Assembly: GCF_964204865.1 (NCBI RefSeq) | Contig: NC_135262.1 | Coordinates: forward strand, 10,230,001 to 10,294,000 | Origin: Styela clava | Lineage: Eukaryota | Direction: 5' to 3' | DNA: 64,000 nt | In this document: positions 53,167-64,000 of the stretch, piece after piece | Numbering within the stretch: position 1 is the first letter of the stretch | Layout: every line of letters begins with the position of its first letter | Position numbers and translations under genes: made by a program | Notes under the pieces: generated by a model | Told to the model about the DNA's origin: nothing | The model's input: only the letters and a program-made list of their open reading frames with translations | Databases searched by the model: none

Positions 53167-55968
53167 CTGAAATACAAAATTTAGTGTTAATTTGATATTT
53201 AGCAAATATTTTTTACTAATTTACATAGTTTAATACGGCTTTAGGGTTAAGTCCTGAAAGCATTAATGAGACTTGAGTTACAGTGTTTGAACTGAGCAGA
53301 ATCTCGCTAATTCAACAAAGTGCAAACCAATTATTATTAGCCCTAGAAAAAAACAGATGATAGATATAGACAAAATAAACATTGAAATGCAAGATCTTAA
53401 ATGTGCAGTTAATTGTTTTTGAACATATTCATATGCATTTGCTATGAACATGGCTCTAACGACTCAGCCATTGCAATCATCAACTTGATATCAACGTCGG
53501 AAACAAAGTTCCGACCAGCAATATCAGACATAAGTGACAATTGAAATATTCCAAAGATTTAGGCACAAGTAAAAAACGTGGGTTCAAACCCCATGCCCAC
53601 CACCTCACCCAGAATGTAATAAATTAAGAAGGCAATGCTGACCTGGAAAAACTCCAGTCCTTTCAAACTATAGTAGCTCATCATCTAAAAGTGACAGCTT
53701 GGGCAGAGCCTTGTGAAGAGTGAATGGGTTATAAATGTGTCATATAAAAATGGCCTTCAAGTATTTCTGGCATTATAAAATCAGTGTGCTGTGCATAATT
53801 TTTGTCAACACCCCAAATTATGCCACAAAAAAGTGCTAAAATTTGCAAGATAATGGCTATATTACCCCTCGTCCATCTTGAAACAATTTTCATGATATTA
53901 AGCTGACAATTCACAGAAAAAGTAGCATCATTTACCGGGCAGTAAAAGACTAAATTGGATCATATTTTTTTTACAAAGACTAGAGTCTGTGAACCGTAAA
54001 ATGACTTGTAAGCCAATATCGTGAAGGCAGTATTTTGAAAACCACACAATCGAGGGCAAATTAATCCTATAATGGAAGATAATTGCGCAATAAATCATAG
54101 GAAAAAAAGTATTGAGAAAAAAATGTGAAAATGTCATGAGGTTGACATATTGAAATATTAATGTATGTGGCTCTATCTTAGATCTGAATTACGCACGAGA
54201 TTAAAGAAAACGACAATAAGTATAAAAAGAGCTTAAAATGATCTTGTGATGTTGATGACTAGTCATTAATATTTCATAAAAGAATTTTTCTTCCAAAAAT
54301 GCAGATTACACAACAATAATACAATGTCACGCAACCTTGTTTATAGATCTATCTCTGATCACGAGAATTGGACTAGGATTCAAATTGGAATATATTATTA
54401 TGGCGAAAATGACGTAAAAAACAAAACAAACATGATTCTGTACAGTTGAACTTTCATTTCTTACTGGTTGAATCTAACCCTTTCTCCCCATTGCATTTAG
54501 ATGAAAGTATCAAATACAGAACAAGGCAGAAAAGGGTTAAAAATTGTACGCATATATATATATATATATATTTAGGTGAAGGACAAGAGTTACAGATCAT
54601 TAAGATAAAAATTGGAATGAAAGACTATTGAGATTATCAAGTTAAATCACCTAAATAAACATGTAATTCACCAAGTCAGCATGACTGAGAGTGGGAAGAT
54701 AGTAACGACAACTTCTTTCTAGTGTAAAGCCTTGTTCAGGATTGTAAGATGTAAAAAAGATACAGTTTGAATTACATTTCTGCATTTATTATACATGAAA
54801 TAGAGATGGCCAAGTTTAAAATTGAATTTTAATAAGATTACATTGTAGAAAACCTAGCGTGCATATTAGCTTTTTTATACCATGTTTATTTCATGCCTTT
54901 CGCTCTGAACAAGGATTTGTACAAGCAGGTAAGGGGCTACTACTTTTAGAAGTACCTGTGCTAGGTGGTGTGCATGGGATTTGAACCTGTGACATGTAAC
55001 TTGCAGATGTCAACAAAGTTAAGCCCGAAATGTTTTACCCGCTAGGCCATAGCACCCACGAATTTAATAAATGCCAATATCTCAGATATGTTTAGATGGA
55101 ATTAATTTACAATTGTAATGTGATAAACCACAGGTGTGAAACTGGTACTTTAATTAAACCCTCTATTTTGAAAGATACGAACACCTGACTAGAATTTGAC
55201 GTTAGAATGAATTTCTCTTTTTAGTTTTTGCACACAATGTATAGTTTTCAGGAGAAAATATGCCACAAAAAAGTCATGGTTAATTTAGATTTTGTCAACA
55301 ACTGTCATACAAAACCAAAAACATTTCCTGTTGAAAACGTGACATGAAGAAAAGTACAATTTATGGGGTTAAATCTAGCATGAAAATAGGTCTTGACATT
55401 GTATTGTTATTTTGTGATCCAATGAAAGAGAGAAATGACATGCTAGCATGAAACATGTGATAAGGTACACACTAGTTAGTTATTAGGCCGAAGACGTATA
55501 TCCATCTAGCGATTATCTAGTAAAAGCATTTATATAGCAGAAACATTTTGAATTTAAAAATAAATTTTATTTTATATTATTCATAGGAGTAATCCATTAG
55601 CATAGAATTTTCATTTTTATTCAGAAAGGAAAGTTGATAAGTAATTACGGTGAATAAATACTTGACTGCATCATCTTATTAGAATATAAGTCCATGTTAG
55701 ATCATGTGATAATAGGATCTAGATTCACAGATATGAATTTAAACTAGCGAGACTGCATTCAAAAGTGCAGTGATATCAATCGATATATTTTAAGTGCTGA
55801 AAATGAAAACTCAAAATCATGATTTTTCACAATTTTTCCAAAATCAAAAATTTATTCATATAGTCAACCAAATTCCAGAGTATCGAAATATTTAATCCTT
55901 GTTTTTCAAACAAACTTTTCTTTAAAATAAAAACTTGCAGGCCGTTATGTAGGATATATTTGAGCATA

Positions 55969-58900
55969 ATGAATTTATTGAAAAAAAACAATAACAATAA
56001 CTTAGGAGGCAGAGTGACGTTCGTGAAAGAAAGAAATTGGGTTGATGTTCCGTTGAATGAAAGAAATGAACTAGAGTATGATAAAAAAGAAACAAACGCA
56101 GAAAGAATTAATGCGTACACCAATCTATCGTTTACTTTTTTCACAAACTCATTCATTGAAGATGTTGGAATGCAAGGCATCAGATATGTGTTCAGAAGAA
56201 ACGCTAGCTGGTATAGAAGGTTAGTTTTGTTATGAAAAAGATTTCTATAATTTTAGATTAATCAAATGTATCTCTTTTAATTATGATGAAAACATGATTT
56301 GACTTCATTTCCAAAAAACTGGAAATTTGGCATTGTTAGGATGATGTTCATTCACTCGACAATTTGATACGTTCTTGTCAGTTTTAGGTCTCGTATGCCG
56401 ATACTGATTAGCACTGTTCAGAAGATGGGTTTTAAAAGGTACCCAAACTAAAATTTGTTAATAATATTATCCAATGAAACTATGTAAAAGTCTTTTTTTT
56501 CTGTGTTTTTACATCATAAATACAGGATGGGAAAGTAAGTCCAGCATTACTAAACATAAACAGACAGAGAAGTCTTGATGTATTTGATTCTGCACTTTTC
56601 ATGATGTAATTACCAATTCAAAAGATTTTTTTTTGCATTTGACACTTATTCCATGCCTTTTGCTTGGATTGCCTGCCCAATTTATTACATCCTGGGTGAG
56701 GTGGTGGCATGGCATTTGAACCCGGGACTTTTTTAAAACCAGTGATGCCATCATATGTACCGTAAATCTAATGCTTTAACCACTTGATTTTGACAAGGTT
56801 CTGGATTTATAGCTACCATGATTAAAACGATTTATGAGTTTTAGCGAGTTAAATGAATAATTTTGTCTGACTGTGTTTTATTCATTTAATGTCTATAATT
56901 TACAATCCATGTAATCTCTTTTTAGATTGATTTGGTTGATTGTATTGTTGGCATCGGTAACGTATTCTCTTTACATCAGTATAAACAATCTACTTGATTA
57001 TCAAAAATTTCCAACTTCAACAAAACTAGAACTACATTTCGTTGACAAGATGGAATTTCCAGCTGTAACAATTTGCAATTACAATGTTTATCAGTAAGTA
57101 GGTTTCATCATAAAAAACACCCGAAGTTTTTTGTGTATGACATAGTTATATGCCTTTTCCTCACAAGGCATTACCTACACTTTGGGCGAGGTGGTGAAAA
57201 TGGGATTCGATCCCACGATTTTCAACAACAATGCCATCATACTTATGTCTAACACTTTAACCACATCACGAGGACAATGCTCAAATATATACAATATTCA
57301 CTAAAGGCACCATTAGTGGACAAGTAATACGGAAGTAATGTGCATTAAAATGTTTTTCACTTTAATCAAAAAAGATAGCAAAACTTGATAAAATATCGGA
57401 TCCGGTAGCCTTCTAGTCACTTCTTCCATCTTTTAGTCATAAATAGACTTGAAAAGGGCCTTCTGGAAGGTTTTTTACGAGAAAAATTTTAAAAGGGTCT
57501 GCAACCTAGCATGTTGTTTGAGTTAGAATAGTTTTCAGGTATTTGTGTTGTGGGTTTTTAGAAAAAATCATAAACTTGATGAAATTAAAGCACAAATTTT
57601 TTTTATCGGAGAAATGAGGGTTTTTAAAAAGTTGATTTTATCAAATTTTTCAGAAAATTTAGATATCTATTGAAAATAAATAAGTCAGTGAAAAAAAACT
57701 AAAATGTTTTATAGATATTTGAAATCAATTGATCCATTAGATACATCTTCCGAACAAAGCTCTAAACAAGCTGACAATGAATGTAAGAAGTATCGTATTT
57801 GAAAACTAGTTTAGCATTGCCTATCCACTTTAACACACCACGGTTGAAAGGGTGAGCTTGGGCTTTGTAAAACAAGACTCTACCAAAACATACGGGCAGT
57901 TTTGACGATTTTAGAAGGACTAAACTCTGTCCACATATAGCCTATTAGATTTATTACTTTGAGTGAGGTGGTGAGTATGAGGTTATACATTGTTTAGTGC
58001 AAGGGTTCACAACCTTTTTTTGTTAAGTACCCCCCCGAGTCACGAAACAATCAACGCGAACCCCCAGACACCCAACAAAGTTGTGATATATTGACTGACA
58101 ATTTGTTGCAACGACAATTTATTGACCAACTGCTGTAACTAAATTAAATATTCGTGTTGATGTTATAGTCCTTGTCCTCCACCTAACTAATGAATTCTTG
58201 GGATCTCTCTCAAGTTTCGATGCATATAACTTTCTGCAATGCTCGCATCATATTGTCTTTTGAGATTTCACAGTTTGGCTGAAAAGCTGTGCAATTCACA
58301 TTGTTGCGTCAAAATCACAACAGCGCTAGATCAGGGAAAATCTTCGCTGAGTTTCAATTGACATGCATTTTCATCTTGTAGTTGCTTAGTTTTCCTTTGT
58401 TAAAGGATATTGAAAAAAACACACAAAAACTCGACTTCCATCCAAGTACCCCTGGAAATCTTCTCGTGAACCCCTGGTAGAGTATTGAGTTGAGAGTCCC
58501 CAGAAATTTATCAAACTGTCCCCCTTTTTATTTTAGACGAAGTAAAATGACAGCAAAGGAAAATATGATGCTTTCGGACATGTATCAACCATATGTTATC
58601 TTCCGAAGAAATGAAGATAAAAAACCATCGAGATGGGATGCTTTTGACATGGATGACTTTGCAAATAGGACTTCGTTCGACTATGCAAGCCATATGGGAA
58701 TGTGAGTTGATATTATAGGATTTTTATACAAGGAAAGGAAACGTGAAAAGATGGCTTAATCATATGGCGAACCATGTCCTCTAGTCCAGTTACTAGTCTA
58801 TGTCGGGTTTGGGAGTAGTTAGCCAGGTTTAAATCTCAGATGCATGAACTTTGATGTTGAAGGAGGCTGTAACCGACCAGCGATTGTATACCCTACAACT

Positions 58901-61900
58901 AGGGCTGTCCAAAATCGAATAAGTTTTTTGATTCGAATCGAATCAAATATTTTTGCCGAATCGAACCGAATAATCGAATATTATTGCGCAATCCTAAATC
59001 TGTCTCTAATATACAAAAAACGCCTGCCCTTCGATGTTGTGGTAACGTATGTGTAGTTACATCTTACTTACTGCTGGTATTTTGCAATACAATGTTTTCA
59101 GATTTATGAAAGGAGATCACACGCTTGTATGAACTGGTCAAAACAATTGGAGGACTCCAAAATTTGGGTTTCGAAAACTGTTGAGTGTTAAAGTAATATT
59201 TGCACTATTCAAAAATTGCAACCCAATTCTAATGGATTCAGTTTTAATAGGACATGTAAAGCCTGTAGATGCTATTTTAATCCTACTCACTAGTTTTATG
59301 TTTTTTCGTGTAATTTTCAGCAAAATAATAACAACCATTAATATAGATAAAACTATTAAAAGTAAACAAGGAGAAAGGACCTGCAGTTCAATACACAATA
59401 CCCTGGTACACCCCATATAGATAAAACTGTTGCTCAAATTCAAAATTGCATTTAACAAATTCAAAGCTAATTTGATGACAATAATATTTGATGACTATAA
59501 TATTGTTAGTGTACAACCTTCATCAAAATTCAAGAGTGCAATTATTTGTCTTGGTATAATCTTAGCGATTCGAAAATTAGCCGAAAAACGATTCGAATAA
59601 TTTGCGATTCGATTTCGAATATTTGGTTCGCTTGGACAGCCCTACCTACAACACCAAGGAGTTTAGCAATCTTGTCCTAAATTGGCGATTTTGAGAAATG
59701 TAAATACCGTATATAATTTTAGGACAACAACTTTTAAAATATTTTCATTTATAGAAGCAATAGAAAATTAAGTCTCGGGTATAAAAGACATTCGATTTTA
59801 CTTTCGACACTGTCACAAATAGAAGATCAATATAAGCATTGTTTATCTACTATTAATCTAATATTATGTACTGATATCTGCAGACTGCAATTTATCTATT
59901 GAACACGTTTCTATATATATTCTATTTTGCCCACACTAGCGATCAGTAATCACGCCAGTAATCGCTCTGGTTGCTAGTTCAAACATTGCTGCAATGAAAC
60001 ACAATAAAACCTTCCATTAAATTCAGTAAATTGCACTATTTCACGAGAGTGTGGTGAATAATTGGCTAATATTTCTTATCTCGAACACAAAAACGATGAT
60101 CTTTTTCCGATAGTTCCTGCAGTCTGAAAAGTCGAATAAGCGTTTCGACATGATAAATGCTATGATCTTTGTCATCAAATCATGTTCAGGCCTTGCACGA
60201 AACCTATAACGCGAAAAGATATGTCCAGCGGTAATAATTATTTATAACAACTTGAACCTATCTAATGTTTTAGCGATAAGAATTAATTGTTGTAATGAAA
60301 TACAGTTAGTTTGCCTCTTTCATTTCTCTCGCAAGTGCCGATAACAATAACCCTCGGGTGTCCGCCCCTGATCGCAAACAAATATAAAAATGGCAAATAT
60401 GATAGAAAATTCTAAAATGTATATAGGGTATTAAAAAAGTTAAGTAGAATTAAGGTAAACATTTTCGTCATGGCAATGTTATAAAAGTAGCTGCCAAAAA
60501 GAGTCAGTCGTGAAATGTTTAAATGACATTTCACAGCAATTCAATTCTCTTAAAAGTTGTCTGTTGTTAAATGTTTTAAATAGCATTTCACCTCAACATC
60601 TGTTAATTTTGGTTATTTTTGTTAACACCCTGTATATAGGAATACTTTTTGTAACAATAGCATTAGCTTGAAACTGCAACATCAAAAATTCCGAGGGAGA
60701 AATTTAACCCTAGAACCTCAGGTCTAGGAATAGCACATAACAGCCTTTAAATTTGTTTTTTGTACACTCTTCATATATAGATGTGAATACCAAGGAAAAC
60801 GCTGCAATATGTCTCTATTCTACAAAAGGTTGACAGATATTGGATATTGCGTAACGTTCGATCCAAGCACTGACGAGAGATATAAATATCAAACCATGGA
60901 AGGTATTGAATTTACAATGAATTCGAATTAACAAATGTGAATTGAACCTATGTTGATTTAATAGAACTCAGACACTCACCAAGAATGCCAAAAGCTTCTG
61001 AAACTGTAAAAAATGTGGTAGGGCGGTACACATTGTAATTAAATGTTTGGAAAGTCGTGGACAATTGAATCCTTAATAATAATTCAACAAAGGGCCTTCC
61101 AGTACACCTTTGGACATATATGTACTTACCTAAAAAGGGGCTATCCGGAAGGCAGTTTTCAAGTCGAATCATCATTTATTGTGGCCTGAATTACAGGACT
61201 GTTTACTGTTTATTTTGGTTTTAAATCTGTGGGATGACCTCATCGTTATAGCATTGCACTTAACTATGTTAAATAAAAGTTAAATATATAAGTTTCAAAT
61301 CTGATGCCCACCACCTTATCCATGGTGTAATTATTCTCTATGCAATAAAGAACCAGAAACATAGCGTTCCTTCAGCATCTTGTAAGAGCCGTGATCAGAG
61401 TATGAAATCGTTGTAAAAAAAAGTAGCAATAAAACTTTGCAGAATGTGAATAGACAAGACATTGATTTAATCAAATTATTTTCAAAACTTTCTAATACAA
61501 CATAAAATATTTCACAGGAAACGCAGCCGGTCTCCTTATAACAATGGCACGATTTGAGAGTGAATGGACACACGGCCCATATATGAACTATGATGGTTTC
61601 GTAGCACTAGTGCATGAACCTGACATGGATCCAGTAAAAGTTGAATATTTTGGAGACAGCATTACCATTGGTCAATCTATGAATTTGATTGTCAGCAAAA
61701 AAGAAATAACTTTACTGGTACAATCTTGATACTTCATATGAGAGCTATAAATTAGCGATTCCAGAGATCGAAATAATTTGTTTTTTGTTGATTGTGTTCA
61801 TGCCTTTCTCTCTGAAGAAGGCCCCTGAGATGTTAGCACAGTTAAGCCTAACGCTTCAACTGTTTAAACAGAATTTATAAAATTTACGAGGTGCTCAGAT

Positions 61901-62939
61901 GATCAAAATCTATTCACTGTAAAATACAAGTTGAAAACAGATAAAATCAATCTAGTCGGATCCCCCAATAAAAAACGGAAGGCTGAACTATGTAAATATG
62001 GGCTATTAATAGGCGAGGTGGTTTAGTCTAATCTCTAAGCTTAAGCGGCCAAATCAAGCTTTCCAATGATTAATGAGTGAAGTTTCTCGACCATTTAAAC
62101 GAAGAAGGGTTAATAGGCACAGTGATTCAGTCTAATCTTTGAGATAGAATCTATATATTAAATTGAAAAACATAAAATAATATTTCAGCCACCACCTCAT
62201 GGACAATGTGGATCAAAGGAATTAGAATATTATAAGAAATATTCCCAGCAAGCATGTCAAACAGAATGTGCGATGAAAATGATGATGAAGACTTGCAACT
62301 GCAAATTTGATTTCATGGCAGGAAACAGTTCAATGAGGAATTGTAACAAATTAAATCTGATTGAATGTCAGGATGAATATTTCTTAAATGCAAGTAAGTT
62401 AAACTAGATTTTCTTCATAGAGTTTTCATGCTTTCATTTCGAACAAGGCATCGTATTAACAGTCTGTGATATGTAGGATGCTTCTAATATTTTTGGGAAA
62501 GGCTGGTTTCTTGCCGATTCGGCATTGCCTATCCAATTTATTATTGGGTTAAGGTGATGAGTATGGGCTTGAACCAGGAACATTTAACACAGTGAAAGAG
62601 GATCTTCTATCAGATATTTTATTCTCTACATTTAGTAACTCAAAATCCAAGATCTTATTATAGTACCAAAAGGTACCAAACTTTTACAAGTGTAAATTAA
62701 AATACTTTTATATCCAACTAATTTGACAACAGTTTGATTTGAAAAATTTACAAAAAATCTAAGACAATTTCCTATTTATTCTTACTTTACAATAAAGGTC
62801 GAGACACTGGTAGTCTCAATGCATTTTGTGACTGTCCTCCAGAATGTTTTCAAGTAAAATATACGATAAAAGCCACAACAAGGAAGATAACAGAAGGAGT
62901 ACGAAGACTGGTACAAAGCAGCTATGGTCTTGATATAGA
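55969..62939 (+). CDS. DEG/ENaC (ASIC/BASIC-like) amiloride-sensitive channel subunit, 3'-partial
   Basis: Exons 55969-56219, 56926-57093, 58537-58701, 60781-60902, 61518-61717, 62189-62393 and 62798-62939 join in frame. TM1 RRLIWLIVLLASVTYSLY, signature FPAVTICNYN, CEYQGKRC...TDIGYCVTF, thumb LPPPHGQC...YSQQACQTEC...TCNC and CDCPPEC. TM2 exons lie beyond the window. Confidence 0.92.
58000..58500. mobile_element. hAT-type MITE (degenerate)
   Basis: Starts CAAGGGTTCACAACCTTTT with AAGTACCCC/GAACCCC subterminal repeats at both ends. TSD not recognisable. Confidence 0.5.
58900..59644. mobile_element. Non-autonomous hAT element (745 bp) inserted into a SINE family A copy
   Basis: Perfect 13-bp TIRs TAGGGCTGTCCAA/TTGGACAGCCCTA. 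Identical 8-bp TSD CCTACAAC (58892-58899, 59645-59652). CGAAT/ATTCG subterminal arrays. Confidence 0.93.
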
Positions 62940-63145
62940 GTAAGTATTTAAGATTAAAAATGTTGACTTGAGAAGCAGAGTTTACTTCTAATAATATTGA
63001 TTCGTTGAAAAGGATTAGTCAAGAAAAGACTTTGATGCTCGCCATTAGCCAGTGTTATTAAAACTTCAGTGCATGCATGTCCGAACTGATTCGAATTTAA
63101 CAACATTCAATATTTCAACCTCCTTATAATTGAAATAATTTAGGA

Positions 63146-63470
63146 CAGGGGTGTGCAACAGGAGGCCAGCGGGCCACAACATGGCTTGCAAAGCCATTTA
63201 GTGTGGCCCTTGTCGACACTCAGATTTTTTCTCATAAAGCTTATGTTTGAAAGGGTGCTCACGTGAGTGAAAATACATGTTTTTTTGCTCTCGTCGCTGT
63301 GTTAAATCTTCCACCTTTTTTCCCAGTGCCTTTTTCGAGGTAAAGCTAAACAATAGCTACATTATCTTCTCTTGCTTTTCCTGTGGCGATCTGGTTGTCT
63401 TGAGTGCATTTCATATTTTTTCTGGCCCAGTTAGATGTCAGGAGTTGGTTATATGGCCCAACAATTAAAA
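63146..63470. mobile_element. Partial hAT/Charlie-type MITE
   Basis: Left end CAGGGGTGTGCAAC followed by GGCC-rich subterminal motifs. Right end not clearly found. Confidence 0.45.
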
Positions 63471-64000
63471 AAAATGTCACCTGATTCAGGATGTTCTCAC
63501 CAACAGCCTCCATTCGATTACTGATAACTACTATACAGAATAGAAAACCTATCAAATTACTGTTAAATACAACTTTTCTGCACTAGAATTACACTATTTT
63601 TTACCGAACACGACCCAATGTAGTAGAACCAGCATCTGTTCAGTTCGGCATTGCCTAACCAATTCATCAAACCCTGGGCGAGGTGGTGAGCATAGGAATT
63701 GAACCCAAGATTTTACCCGGCGATGCCATTATCGACTTTCTGTTAAAACGTAACAATTGATTGATGGATGAGTGGACAGTTTGATTGATGGACAGTGTGA
63801 AAAATTCATTGTATTAATTCAAGAATCTAATACACAATACACAGAACTAACTAGTCTTTCTCAAAACAGTTCATTAAGGACAGACAAAATTACAAAACAA
63901 TATGATCTTCAGACAATGTGAAAAACAATAGACGTACGTGAGACATAAAAGTCACATCTTGTGATAATAAATTGGTCAAACTAAGAAACAAAAGACCAAA

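Overview
AT-rich eukaryotic (animal) genomic DNA with GT-AG introns. The compact genes and the SINE/MITE content suggest a marine invertebrate, possibly an ascidian; this is inference and is not provable here. I reconstructed four genes by hand from splice sites and reading frame. (1) The last two coding exons of an SLC7/LAT-type amino-acid transporter (+, ends 1847). (2) A complete 44-coding-exon gene (-, 36928 to 6419; 9771 nt CDS, about 3256 aa). It encodes an unusual polycystin-1/REJ-like single-pass receptor: signal peptide, antistasin-like Cys module, about 970-aa orphan exon, DxCGxCGG repeats, IPT/TIG, PKD/REJ, GAIN with a degenerate GPS, Thr-rich stalk, TIL module, one TM helix and a PPxY tail. 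(3) An MDC1 orthologue (-, 40249 to at least 53166; SDT, TQxF, PST-like repeats, tandem BRCT), with its 5' FHA exons not found in the window. (4) A DEG/ENaC/ASIC channel (+, from 55969, 3' end outside the window), apparently nested antisense in an MDC1 intron, with HG changed to QG. Non-coding highlights: a Penelope-type hammerhead-ribozyme motif locked in a perfect 60-bp hairpin and flanked by a 13-bp direct repeat (3492-3814), several hAT elements with clear TIRs and 8-bp TSDs (some nested), and two abundant tRNA-like SINE families.
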